Positions 48,802 to 58,500 of a stretch of DNA of 64,000 nt are shown one piece after another. The stretch lies in the NCBI GenBank assembly GCA_963703345.1, contig OY969814.1, forward strand, positions 1,568,001-1,632,000, given 5' to 3'. The stretch comes from an uncultured Chloroflexia bacterium. GTDB lineage: Bacteria > Chloroflexota > Dehalococcoidia > DSTF01 > JALHUB01. The translations under genes were made by a program, and so were the position numbers. The notes under the pieces were generated by a model. It was not told the origin of the DNA, did not search any database, and saw only the letters and a program-made list of their open reading frames with translations. Position 1 is the stretch's first letter. Each line of letters begins with the position of its first letter.

Positions 48802-50013
48802 TCAGGCCCGCTCCGTGCGCTCGTCGGGCGTCGAGGAGCCTGAGGCCGCCTTCACGGGAAGAGCGCTTCTCCCCTCCAACACCAGCTCTATCCGCTGCCG
48901 CAGCTCGTCGAGTCCCCAGCCGTTCTGCGCCGAGATGAGGAGCGCGTCCGGCCGCTCGTAGCTGAGGCTAGCGCGCTGCTCTCGCAACTCCACGAGGCCG
49001 CGAATCGGGTCGCCGTTGCGACGGGTGAGCAGGTCCACCTTATTTAGAGCCGTCACCACGGGCTTTCCGGCCAGCTCGAGCTCGCGCAGAGTCTCCAGCA
49101 CGGTCTCGCCCTGTTGCGCCGCGTCGGGGTGAGTGATATCGACGACATGGGCGAGGACGTCAGCGGCGGACAGCTCTTCCAGCGTGGCGCGGAAGGCGGC
49201 GACGAGCTGCGCCGGCAGCTTCTGAATGAACCCCACAGTGTCGGAGAGGAGGACGCTGCGGCGTTCGGACAGCTTGACGCGGCGGGTGAGCGGGTCGAGC
49301 GTGGCGAAGAGCTTGTCCTCGGTGAAGACGTCGGCGCCGGAGAGGGCGCGCATGAGGGTGCTCTTGCCGGCGTTGGTATAGCCGACGAGGGCGACGACGG
49401 GCACTCCGGCGCGCTCCCGGCGGCGTCGGTAGAGGGCGCGCTGGCGCCTGACGGCCTCGATCTCGCGCTTGAGGCGGGCGATGCGGTCGCGGACGAGGCG
49501 TCGGTCGGTCTCAAGCTGGGTCTCGCCGGGGCCACGGGTGCCGATGGCGCCTTCGAGTCGCTCCAGGTGACTCCACTGGCCGGCGAGTCGCGGCAGGAGG
49601 TACTGGTACTGCGCCAGCTCGACCTGGAGGCGGCCTTCACGGGTGCGGGCGCGTCGGGCGAAGATGTCGAGGATGAGGGCGGTGCGGTCGAGGACCTTGA
49701 CGCCGAGGGCGTCTTCGAGGTTGCGCTGCTGATTCGGGCTGAGCTCGTCGTCGAACACGACGAGGGAGTAGTCGAACTCGGAGCGCTGGGCCTTCAGCTC
49801 CGCCAGCTTGCCCTTGCCGACGTAGTGCCCGGGATGGATGCTTCCCAGCTTCTGGACGGCGCGGCCGACGACGCGGGCGCCGGCGGTATCGGCCAGGAGG
49901 GCGAGCTCATCGAGGGAGGACTGGCTGGAGAAGGGCGCAGGCTTGCCCTTGACCTCGACGGCGACGAGGTAGGCCCGCTCGATGGGCTCGGCTGTGGGGT
50001 AGGTCTTTGCCGT
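48802..50013 (-). CDS. hflX: GTPase HflX (probable non-canonical ACG start at 50013)
   Basis: [31 protein letters not shown]; HflX-like N-terminus continues 85 codons upstream of the GTG called in the ORF track. Confidence 0.92.
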   Translation of the reverse strand, partial: TAKTYPTAEPIERAYLVAVEVKGKPAPFSSQSSLDELALLADTAGARVVGRAVQKLGSIHPGHYVGKGKLAELKAQRSEFDYSLVVFDDELSPNQQRNLEDALGVKVLDRTALILDIFARRARTREGRLQVELAQYQYLLPRLAGQWSHLERLEGAIGTRGPGETQLETDRRLVRDRIARLKREIEAVRRQRALYRRRRERAGVPVVALVGYTNAGKSTLMRALSGADVFTEDKLFATLDPLTRRVKLSERRSVLLSDTVGFIQKLPAQLVAAFRATLEELSAADVLAHVVDITHPDAAQQGETVLETLRELELAGKPVVTALNKVDLLTRRNGDPIRGLVELREQRASLSYERPDALLISAQNGWGLDELRQRIELVLEGRSALPVKAASGSSTPDERTERA

Positions 50014-50031
50014 CGGGGTGTGCCTCCTGTG

Positions 50032-50241
50032 CCTCCATTATAGGGGCAGCGGCTTCGAATTGTATTTGTTTTGAAAAAGTTGTGATCTTGTGAAGCTGTA
50101 AGGGTGCGTTTTGGGTAATTGACCGTCGAAAAGGCGGTTTTGGCGGCGCGGCGCGCGGGCCGCGGAAGGTCGGGGATCGTCGAAGGGCGCATAGGGTCAT
50201 TAGAGCACGGCGCGTCGAGCTTCTCAAGGGAGAAGTGGCAC
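50032..50241 (-). repeat. ~200-bp dispersed element, copy 2
   Basis: Homologous to 36577-36786; its first 57 bp are also repeated at 51251-51307. Confidence 0.85.
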
Positions 50242-51132
50242 CTAGTGCGTCCAGGTCACGCCGCCGTCGGTCGTGGTCCAGTTCCCTTCCGGTGTGACGA
50301 CTGTCCCGTGCTGGGAGTCCGTGAATGTGATGGACGTCACCGGGACTGCGGGCGGCACCACGGTGACAGCAGTCCAGGTCACGCCGCCGTCCTGCGAGCG
50401 GAACAGGTTATTGCCGGGGCTGTTGAGCCCCATCCAGCCCTTGCTCGCATCGAGAAACAAGATCAGCACGACTCCGTTTCCGTTCGGCAGGTCGCCAACG
50501 CCCGGCTCGGGTGTCGGATTGCCAAGCGTCGTGCGGCTGATCAGCGTCCAGGCGGCGCCGCCGTTGGTGGTGCGGAAGAGGTATTTCTCCATACTGCCGG
50601 CCGCCCCACCGTCATTGCAGAGCTGCCACTTAATGGCCGCATTGAGGCTGAATGACGCGCCCGGTGTTAGCGTCTGGCCGAACAGCGACTTGAGGAGGGT
50701 GCAAGGCGGGGACGGCGTTCCGGACGGCGTGAGACCGAAGCCTTGGACCTCCCAAAAGCTAGAGAGATCGGCCAGGCTGGCGTTGGGGTTGTCGTTGTAC
50801 TGCACGAGTCTCGGCGCAGAGAGCGGATCATATCCGGGTGCGCTTACGTTGAAGGTGACCGGGCCGAGTGCCGGTGTTTGCCCTGCCGCTGAGTCGAACG
50901 AATACAAGCCCCAGCTGTTCGTCGTAGCCGCTCCCGTGTGCCCGTAGGAATCCACGTACGAGACGTTTGCTCCCACTAGCGGCGAATTCGTTTGGCTGTC
51001 CAGCACCGTTCCCCATAAGCAACCAGACGTCACAAGCGCTAAGGCGGCGGTGAGGAGGCTAACGAGGAAGAACAAGCAGCGCAGTCGGTTGGTTGCTGAC
51101 ATCATGTCGCACCCCCTTCCTATGGCAGGCAT
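50242..51132 (-). CDS. Secreted or lipoprotein with carboxypeptidase-regulatory-like domain and BNR/Asp-box repeats
   Basis: Lipobox TSGC; GTVLDSQTNSPLVGANV; TTNGGAAW, SQDGGVTW, TTDGGVTW. Confidence 0.7.
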   Translation of the reverse strand: MPAIGRGCDMMSATNRLRCLFFLVSLLTAALALVTSGCLWGTVLDSQTNSPLVGANVSYVDSYGHTGAATTNSWGLYSFDSAAGQTPALGPVTFNVSAPGYDPLSAPRLVQYNDNPNASLADLSSFWEVQGFGLTPSGTPSPPCTLLKSLFGQTLTPGASFSLNAAIKWQLCNDGGAAGSMEKYLFRTTNGGAAWTLISRTTLGNPTPEPGVGDLPNGNGVVLILFLDASKGWMGLNSPGNNLFRSQDGGVTWTAVTVVPPAVPVTSITFTDSQHGTVVTPEGNWTTTDGGVTWTH

Positions 51133-51218
51133 TCTACCTCATCTCCGGCGGGGACAAAAGGTCTGCGAGCACCGGGCTGGTGCGCTGTCAGGGGCGCCGT
51201 CTGCAAGGCGGCGCGGTC

Positions 51219-51307
51219 CGCGGGCCGCGGATCGTCGGGGGTTTATCGGCGGGCGCATAGGGTCATTAGAGCACGACGCGTCGAGCTTCTCAAGGGGGAA
51301 GTGGCAC
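51219..51307 (-). repeat. Partial copy 3 of the dispersed element
   Basis: 51251-51307 is 55/57 identical to 50185-50241. Confidence 0.85.
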
Positions 51308-51328
51308 ATCCGCCCTGCGGCGGGCATC

Positions 51329-52411
51329 CTACTGAATCGCGTGTAAACGCTTGCCGTTGGGTTGGTAGACTCTGTACAGGTCTGCCTTGTTGAGGGCCAA
51401 TAGACGGCAAAGATCATCGTGAGAATAGCCCAAGCTGTCACAATGATATGCGACTATATCACGCAATAACTCGGGCGGCTCTGAGGGCGGATCAAGTTCT
51501 TCTGGTTCTCGCAAGCGATAACCTGCTTTGCTCAGTTGCATCATCATACGCTGCTTCTCATACGCTGAGATTGCGCCCGCGGTAGAAGCCCGCATTATTA
51601 GCGCTTGCATCGACATCTTCCAGTATTCCTTGAGTGGCGCGAGCCTTTTGAGGCTGAGGTTGAAAAACTGAGGCCTGATCTCATGCTTTGGTGCTAAAAA
51701 CTCGCCAGCGAATAGATGGGCGTCCGGTTCCATCTGTGGATACGAGCCAGAGGTAGAGTGCATGACTATATGCCCTAACTCGTGGGCGAGTGCAAAACGC
51801 CAGCGATCAGGGGGAATCTTGGAACTCATATAGAAGATCGGAGGCGTATTCGACCCCCATCGGCTGAAACCATCAACATCAGGTGTACTGAAATCGCAAC
51901 TAAGAACTATTCCGCCAGCAGATTCGATGACCTTAGTCATGCTGAAAATTGGCCCTGGCGGAATTCGCAACGTTGCTCTCACAGTGCGCGCTATCTTCTC
52001 CGGATTTCCCTCGAATTCGTTTATGTCCAGCACAGGAAATGGCTCTTGGGGCATCTTATCCCACGAGCGTAAGAGAGCCGCTATTTCGAAACGTCGGATT
52101 TCGGCTTCGGCGTGAATCCTATGAAGGGCCATAGCACTCGCCCTTGCCTTCTTCCGGTGATATATCTCGGTAATCCCAGGTCCACCAACCTCCTCTCGCC
52201 GCAAAAAGAAACCGGCTGGATAGTCGAGGGCTTCAGCCAGCGCGCTCAATCTGTCGCCCGATAAAGGCTCAAGGCCGGTCTCTACTTTTGAGACCGTTCC
52301 CTGAACCCATCTGAGTTTGACGGCAAGTGCGGCTTGTGAGATTCCTCTAGACTGGCGCGCCAGCGTGATCATTTCGGGATTGGCCCGTTCGGGCGTAGGT
52401 TCTGCTGGCAA
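51329..52411 (-). CDS. XRE-HTH plus ImmA/IrrE (M78) metallopeptidase
   Basis: ARQSRGISQAALA...VSKVETG HTH; RFALAHELGH; lower GC than the flanks. Confidence 0.9.
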   Translation of the reverse strand: MPAEPTPERANPEMITLARQSRGISQAALAVKLRWVQGTVSKVETGLEPLSGDRLSALAEALDYPAGFFLRREEVGGPGITEIYHRKKARASAMALHRIHAEAEIRRFEIAALLRSWDKMPQEPFPVLDINEFEGNPEKIARTVRATLRIPPGPIFSMTKVIESAGGIVLSCDFSTPDVDGFSRWGSNTPPIFYMSSKIPPDRWRFALAHELGHIVMHSTSGSYPQMEPDAHLFAGEFLAPKHEIRPQFFNLSLKRLAPLKEYWKMSMQALIMRASTAGAISAYEKQRMMMQLSKAGYRLREPEELDPPSEPPELLRDIVAYHCDSLGYSHDDLCRLLALNKADLYRVYQPNGKRLHAIQ

Positions 52412-52414
52412 ACT

Positions 52415-53029
52415 CTAGATTGCCTTTCCCATGTACTCCGAGTAGTCATCGTAAGCATAAACGTCGGTCTGTTGTCCCAACTGCGCGGGAAACCGACGTT
52501 GGATGCCGAAGGTCTTTAGATCGAGCGGAGAACCAAGAACCTGCCATATCCAGTCGTTGACGGCGGTTACCACGCCATTGGGAAGCGTGACGAAGGCGCC
52601 AGTGACCACGGCACCAGTGACATCCAGTGTATAGCCAAATTCGAGGCGTCCAATCTTAGGCAGGGTTGCAAGCGCAGCCTGCTGTACCCAGCGACGCGCC
52701 CTTCGAGTCGGGTAGTTATGCGATTCCAAGCCCGCGCCCAACCGTTTGAAACGGAGAATCACAGTCTCGTCGAAAACCATGTATCTTTGCAGACTATCCA
52801 CAAGGAAAGCCACCCCCGGATCATCACTGAGGAGCTGCTGCGCGTGGGAATAGAAGCTCTGATTCACGATAATGGCACGAGCGGACTCGTCTAGGATGAG
52901 GTGTAGATGTTTGCAGTCTTCGCGCCAAGTTTGCCAGGCCTTGCCGAATGCAGTTACCAACTGGGGCATCCGTGGCCTAAGGACATCCTGCGATTCTGGA
53001 AGGGAGATGATCGAGGCGAACGTAGTCAT
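52415..53029 (-). CDS. Hypothetical protein paired with XRE-ImmA (candidate toxin)
   Basis: Stop codon 3 bp before the peptidase start; same low-GC block; no recognisable domain. Confidence 0.7.
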   Translation of the reverse strand: MTTFASIISLPESQDVLRPRMPQLVTAFGKAWQTWREDCKHLHLILDESARAIIVNQSFYSHAQQLLSDDPGVAFLVDSLQRYMVFDETVILRFKRLGAGLESHNYPTRRARRWVQQAALATLPKIGRLEFGYTLDVTGAVVTGAFVTLPNGVVTAVNDWIWQVLGSPLDLKTFGIQRRFPAQLGQQTDVYAYDDYSEYMGKAI

Positions 53030-53115
53030 GGCGCTCCTTCACGGAATTTTTCTTGGAATAATTTTCCGCGATCAGCGCGGTTTTGTCAAGCCCTGTCTTC
53101 GCCGTCTGGTGGCCG

Positions 53116-54279
53116 TCACTCGCGCTTCCAGCTCTCTAAACGGTGGAGGGCTTCTTCGAGGCGGGCGTCCGGGACGGTGAGGGAGAGTCGGACGTAGCCT
53201 TCGCCGGACGGGCCGTAGCCGGTTCCGGGCGTGACAACTATCGATAGGTCGTCCAGCAGGCGCTCGGCGAACGACGCCGACGTGAAGCCGGTCGGCACGC
53301 GCGCCCAGACGTAGAGGCTCGCCTTCGGCACGCGCACACGCAGCCCCATCGATTGCAGCGCCGGCACGAGGCGGTCGCGGCGACGCTGGTAGACGGCGTT
53401 GTGCTCGTCGATGCAGCCCTGCGGACCCTCTAACGCCGCAATGGCCATGCGCTGAATCGCCTGGGGGATGCCGGAGTCGAGGTTCGACTTGACGCGGCGC
53501 AGGGCGTCGATCAGACGGGCGTTACCGACGGCCATGCCGACGCGCCAGCCGGTCATGTTGTAGGTCTTCGATAGCGAGTTGAACTCGATGCCGACGTCGC
53601 GGGCGCCTTCGGCCTGAAGGAAACTGACCGGTCGGTATGCATCGAAGGCGACGTCGCTGTAGGGGCCGTCGTGGCAGACGGCGATGTCGTGCCTGCGGGC
53701 GAAGGCGACGGCTTCGTCGAAGAAGTCGGGGCGGGCAACGGCGGCAGTCGGATTGTTGGGATAGTTCAGCCAGAGCAGCTTCGCGGCGTCAGCAACGGCG
53801 GGCGGCACGGCGCTGAAGTCGGGCAGGAAGTCGTTCTCCTCCCGCAGGGGCAGGAAGTGGCAGCGGCCGCCGGCGAACATGGTGGCGACGGAGTAGACGG
53901 GATAGCCCGGGTCCGGCACGAGGGCGACGTCGCCGGGCTCGATGAGGCAGAGCGGGACGTGGGCGACGCCGTCTTTGGAGCCGATGAGGGGCAGTACCTC
54001 GGTATCGGGGTCGAACGAGAGGCCGAAGCGGCGCTCATACCAGCCGGCGATGGCGCGTCTTAGCTCCGGCAGGCCTTCGGACTCGGGATAGCGATGGTTC
54101 GCGGGGTCGCGCGCGGCCTCGACGAGGGCGTCGATGACGTGCGGCGGCGTCGGCAGGTCGGGGTCGCCGATGGCGAAGGTGATGATGTCGGCGCCCTGCG
54201 CCCGCTTGTCGGCGATCTTTCGGGAGATCTCGGCGAAGAGGTAGGGCGGCAGGTTCTCGATACGTTTGGCAAACCTCAT
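53116..54279 (-). CDS. dapL: LL-diaminopimelate aminotransferase
   Basis: LPPYLFAEI, IGDPDLPTP, LNYPNNPT, SLSKTYNMTGWRVG; dapF nearby. Confidence 0.85.
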   Translation of the reverse strand: MRFAKRIENLPPYLFAEISRKIADKRAQGADIITFAIGDPDLPTPPHVIDALVEAARDPANHRYPESEGLPELRRAIAGWYERRFGLSFDPDTEVLPLIGSKDGVAHVPLCLIEPGDVALVPDPGYPVYSVATMFAGGRCHFLPLREENDFLPDFSAVPPAVADAAKLLWLNYPNNPTAAVARPDFFDEAVAFARRHDIAVCHDGPYSDVAFDAYRPVSFLQAEGARDVGIEFNSLSKTYNMTGWRVGMAVGNARLIDALRRVKSNLDSGIPQAIQRMAIAALEGPQGCIDEHNAVYQRRRDRLVPALQSMGLRVRVPKASLYVWARVPTGFTSASFAERLLDDLSIVVTPGTGYGPSGEGYVRLSLTVPDARLEEALHRLESWKRE

Positions 54280-55670
54280 TACAGCGACTCCTCCCAGCGC
54301 ACTTCGTAGAGCCGGACGGGCCTGTCAAGTCCCTTCAGGGTAGCTTCCCCCTGATCGGAGAACGCGAAGCCTTTGCCCGCCGCAAGCTCCTGCACAACGT
54401 TAGAGGCTAGTATCTGGCAGGGCTGGGCGTGCGCACACAGGCGGGCCGCCACCTGAACCGCTGTGCCGAATAGGTCCTCGTCCTCCGCTATCGGCTCGCC
54501 CGCGTTCAGCCCGATGCGGACGCGTATCGGCGTCTCCGGGTGCTCATCAGCGTGGGCGGCGAAGGCGCGCTGCATGGCAATCGCGCACTCCAGCGCCCGC
54601 GTCGCCGATGAGAACGACGCCATGAAGCCGTCGCCCATGGCCTTCACCTCCGCGCCGCCGTGTGTCCGCAGCGCCTCCCGCACGATGCGCTCGTGGTTTC
54701 GCAGCACGTCGCGCGCCCTGGCGTCGCCGAGGCGCTCGGTCAGCGCCGTCGACCCCTCCACGTCTGTGAACAGGATGGTGACAAGGCCGCCCGGTTCTCT
54801 CGACGGCACACCCCTGGCCGCTGGGGCCTCCTCGCCTTCCCCAAGGAACTCGTAGATGGCCTTCGCCATGACCCGCGCCACAGGTTCGCTGGGCAGAGGC
54901 CAATGGTTCCTGCCGTCCAGGGAGAGGAAGCGGGCCCCGGGTATGCCGGTCGCCAGCTCCCGTCCTGACTCAAAGGGCACGATAGCGTCACCGCGACGGT
55001 GAATTACCAGGGTGGGCACTGTCACCTGTGGCAGGATCGGCCTCACGTCGATGTCTAGCATGGCAGTCATAAGGTTCAGAACGTTGTCGCCGGACGCTGA
55101 GACCCGCTGCAATTCGTTGAAGGCTCGAATAGCGTCGATATCAGCGTCCGGCATGAACAGGCTCGTGAAGAACTGGCGGTGCGCTGGCAGATCGCTGCCC
55201 CACCCGTGGCCGACTAGCGTAAGCATAGCCGCGGCCTGTTGGCGGCCCTCCTCCGTATCCAGATACCACTCCATGCGGGCGAACGAGCCGTAGAGTATGA
55301 GGTGGCTGACCCGCTTCGGGTGGCGCAGGGCATACGTGATGGCCGTTGGCCCGCCCTGCGAGATCCCGTACAGGGCGAAGCATTCAAGCCCCAGGGCATC
55401 AACGACCGCTTCTAGGTCGCGCAGCTGGGCTTCCAGGGAATAGTCGCTCACTCGGCGGTCCGACAGCCCCATGCCGCGTCCGTCGTAGCGAACGAACAGA
55501 TTCTGCCCGGACATGCCATCGATGAAGGTCCGCCAGAGGGGGTTCTCCCACTCATACTCTAGGTGGGTGAGCCAACCCAGGCCGCGTACCAAGGGCGGCC
55601 CCTGGCCCGCGGTGGCGTAGGCTATGCGCGTCCCATCCGAGCTGGTGCAGAAGCGGATATGCTGTTCCAT
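54279..55670 (-). CDS. Alpha/beta-hydrolase plus class III adenylate cyclase fusion
   Basis: YDGRGMGLS, GISQGG; LFTDVEGST, VKAMGDGFM, DLFGTAVQVAAR. Confidence 0.88.
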   Translation of the reverse strand: MEQHIRFCTSSDGTRIAYATAGQGPPLVRGLGWLTHLEYEWENPLWRTFIDGMSGQNLFVRYDGRGMGLSDRRVSDYSLEAQLRDLEAVVDALGLECFALYGISQGGPTAITYALRHPKRVSHLILYGSFARMEWYLDTEEGRQQAAAMLTLVGHGWGSDLPAHRQFFTSLFMPDADIDAIRAFNELQRVSASGDNVLNLMTAMLDIDVRPILPQVTVPTLVIHRRGDAIVPFESGRELATGIPGARFLSLDGRNHWPLPSEPVARVMAKAIYEFLGEGEEAPAARGVPSREPGGLVTILFTDVEGSTALTERLGDARARDVLRNHERIVREALRTHGGAEVKAMGDGFMASFSSATRALECAIAMQRAFAAHADEHPETPIRVRIGLNAGEPIAEDEDLFGTAVQVAARLCAHAQPCQILASNVVQELAAGKGFAFSDQGEATLKGLDRPVRLYEVRWEESL

Positions 55671-57012
55671 CAGTCTTGCCACCTCATTTCGTAGAGCCGC
55701 ACGGGGTCTTCGAAGCCGCGCAGCGCGACGTCGCCCCGGTCCGCGAAGAGGAACCCCTTACCCGCCACCAACTGCCGCACGACGTCCGAGACCAGTATCT
55801 CCTTGCCCTTGGCCTGCGCCGCGATGCGCGCCGCCAGGATGACCGCTGTCCCGAACAGGTCCTGGTCCTCCGCTATCGGCTCGCCAGCATTCAGCCCGAT
55901 ACGGACGCGTATCGGCGTCTCCGGGTGCTCATCACCGTGGGCTGCAAACGCCCGCTGCATGGCGATGGCGCACTCTAGCGCCCGCGTCGCCGAGGAGAAG
56001 GAAGCCATGAAGCCGTCGCCCATCGCCTTCACCTCCGCGCCGGCGTGGGCCCTCAGCGCCTCCCGCACGATGCGCTCGTGGTTTCGCAGCACCTCCCGCG
56101 CCCTGGCGTCGCCGAGCCGCTGGGTCAGCGCCGTCAACCCCTCCACATCCGTGAAGAGGATGGTGCAGAGACCGCCTGCCGCGTGCTGCTCGGCTCCAGC
56201 CGGGGCGGGCTCGCTATCCCCCAGGAACTCGTAGATGGCCGCGAGCATCGCTTCCATGTCGCCCACCCACGCCGCCGCCGATTCCCCCTCGAGGAGAGCC
56301 AGGCGAGCGTCGGGTATTTGGGATGCCAGATCCTTGGCGATCTCCAGCCCGGGAAGGGCCTTGATTTGGCGGCGCTGGAGTATCAAGGTGGGCGACCTCA
56401 CTTGGGAAAGCACGGCCGTGACATCAAACTCCGCAAGCGCGCGAAAGATGGCGCGCGCCGTTTCTGGCGTGGCGCATTCCCGCACGAAGGCAGCTTGGCG
56501 GTGCGCTTCCTCACCCGCCGACCATCCGAACCAAGCATGCGCTTGTGCCTCCGTGTATAGCTCCCAGTCCCCCCCTTGCTCAGCGCCCAAAGTGCCTGGT
56601 CGCGGGCTTTCTGCCGCACCCACGGGCACCACAGCACAAGATGGGATACGGCCTCCGGGTGGCGAGCCGCATAAGAGATGGCGACCGGCGCTGCGCTGAC
56701 AGGGCCGAGCAAAACGAATCTCTGCACGCCCAGGCTTTCCACCACCGCCTGCAGGTCAAGCATATGGGCGTCGACTGAGTAGTCGGCCACGTTGCGGTCC
56801 GAAAGGCCCGTCCCCCTGCCGTCGTAGCGGACCAGCTTCCCTCTCTCCGTCAGCCGCTCATACCAGCGGCGATACCCGGGATTCTGCCACTCCAATTGGA
56901 TGTGGCTCCAGGGAAGTACCGGCATATACACGAGGGGCAGGCCTTCCCCCAACGTCCAGAAGGCGATGCTCACCCCGTCGGTGGTGTGCGTGTACTGGAT
57001 GCGCGGCTCCAT
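55670..57012 (-). pseudogene. Frameshifted paralogous alpha/beta-hydrolase plus adenylate cyclase gene
   Basis: N- and C-terminal halves lie in different frames, switching at a G7 tract (C7 at 56569-56575). Confidence 0.8.
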
Positions 57013-57071
57013 AGTGCACTATCCTACACTATCGATATTCTCCCTGCACGGATAGCGGGCGTGAGGCGCCA

Positions 57072-57152
57072 CTAGCAAACGAATGTTTTCTCCCGCGAGA
57101 TCTCGGCGAAGGGGAAAGGCAGCAGGTCGGCGACGACGCGTGTCAGCTCCAT
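57072..57152 (-). pseudogene. Relic 5' end of a dapL gene
   Basis: MELTRVVADLLPFPFAEISREK aligns with DapL MRFAKRIENLPPYLFAEISRK; TGATG overlap with the dapF stop. Confidence 0.65.
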
Positions 57153-58021
57153 CAGGCGCCTCCGTCGTCCGCTACAAGCCACTCGCCCTCGAAGACCGTT
57201 ACGGCGGGACCGGTCATGAAGACTTCGCCGGCGCCGTCCCACTGGAGAGTAAGCGTACCGCCGGGCAGAGTTATGTCTACTTTGTCGTCGACGAGGCCCT
57301 GAAGCCGCGCCGCGACCATCACGGCTGACGCGCCGGTGCCACAGGCGAGCGTCGGGCCGGCGCCGCGCTCCCAGACGCGGGCTTCGATGTGCGTTCGATC
57401 GATGACGTGCGCAACCTCGAAGTTGACGCCGCGCGGGAAGAGCGGGTGATTGACGACGCGCGGACCTACCTCCGCGAGAGGGAAGCCGGCGACGGGGCGC
57501 TCCGGGAAAAGCACGGCGTGGGGGTTGCCCATGGAGACGGCGGTCAGGGGCAGGATTCCACGCGAATCGCCGTGCTCGAGCTCGACGGGGATGTTGACGA
57601 GCGGCGGGTCGGCGTTTACAAGGACCGGTATCTCTTCGGGCGCGAGACGGGGCACGCCCATGCCGACGCGGACTCTCTCGACGGCGCTGCCCGCGCGCTC
57701 GACCTGGAGCGTGAGCACGCCGGCAGCGGTCTCGACGGCGAAGCGGTTGTCGAGCGGCTCGACCAAGCCGCGCTCGACTGCGTACTTCGCCAGGCAGCGG
57801 ATTCCGTTGCCGCACATCTCGGGCTCCGAGCCGTCGGGGTTGATGACGCGCATGCGGACGGCGGCGCGGTCGGAGGGCAGGACGAGCAAGAGGCCGTCGG
57901 CGCCGACGCCGAAGTGGCGGTCGCAGACCGCGACGGCGAGTCGCGGCCAATCGCACTCGTCGCCCCTCGCCTCGACGAGGACGAAGTCGTTGCCGGTGCC
58001 GTGCATCTTGACGAAGCGCAT
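57152..58021 (-). CDS. dapF: Diaminopimelate epimerase
   Basis: KMHGTGNDF, EMCGNGIRC, GNPHAV, ERGAGPTLACGTG. Confidence 0.96.
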   Translation of the reverse strand: MRFVKMHGTGNDFVLVEARGDECDWPRLAVAVCDRHFGVGADGLLLVLPSDRAAVRMRVINPDGSEPEMCGNGIRCLAKYAVERGLVEPLDNRFAVETAAGVLTLQVERAGSAVERVRVGMGVPRLAPEEIPVLVNADPPLVNIPVELEHGDSRGILPLTAVSMGNPHAVLFPERPVAGFPLAEVGPRVVNHPLFPRGVNFEVAHVIDRTHIEARVWERGAGPTLACGTGASAVMVAARLQGLVDDKVDITLPGGTLTLQWDGAGEVFMTGPAVTVFEGEWLVADDGGA

Positions 58022-58023
58022 CG

Positions 58024-58500
58024 TTAGGCGTTCTCCAACGCAAGGTCGCGGGTGATCTGAAGCTGGCCCAAGTGAAGAGCAGCGTGCTCAACGACGTGCA
58101 AGAGCGCGTCGCGCACCGAGATCTCATACGGCTCGCCCTCGCCCCAGTATTTCGGCAAGGGCACGAGGCGCCGGTCCAGGCCCGCCGGCGTCAGCGCCGC
58201 CAGGGCCGCGTCGATCTCCTGCGACAGGCTCCCGGCGCCGGCCACGAGAGCGACGGCGTCACGTCCGGACGCGCGAAACTCCGCCGGCCGGTCGCGGTCA
58301 ACGGCCTGGCCGCAGGCGATGCCCAACACCCAGGCGCGGGCGTTGCTCAGGGTGTGAGCAGCGATCACGTAGGCGCTGTTGGCGCCGGCGATGGGCGGGC
58401 GCCAGTTGAGCTGGGCCTCGCTCAGCCCCTGTAGGCTCTCGCATACGCGCTGCAGGAGCGAGCGTATCTGTCGGCTCAACGTCTCGACTTCGGTGTTCAT
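58024..58500 (-). CDS. DinB-family protein
   Basis: LNWRP...NS...H...HVVEHAALHLGQ. Confidence 0.82.
   Translation of the reverse strand: MNTEVETLSRQIRSLLQRVCESLQGLSEAQLNWRPPIAGANSAYVIAAHTLSNARAWVLGIACGQAVDRDRPAEFRASGRDAVALVAGAGSLSQEIDAALAALTPAGLDRRLVPLPKYWGEGEPYEISVRDALLHVVEHAALHLGQLQITRDLALENA

Noticed and set aside
49794-50192. 132-aa ORF running through the dispersed element
   Set aside because: Overlaps hflX out of frame, and differences between element copies are mostly non-synonymous, so coding is unsupported
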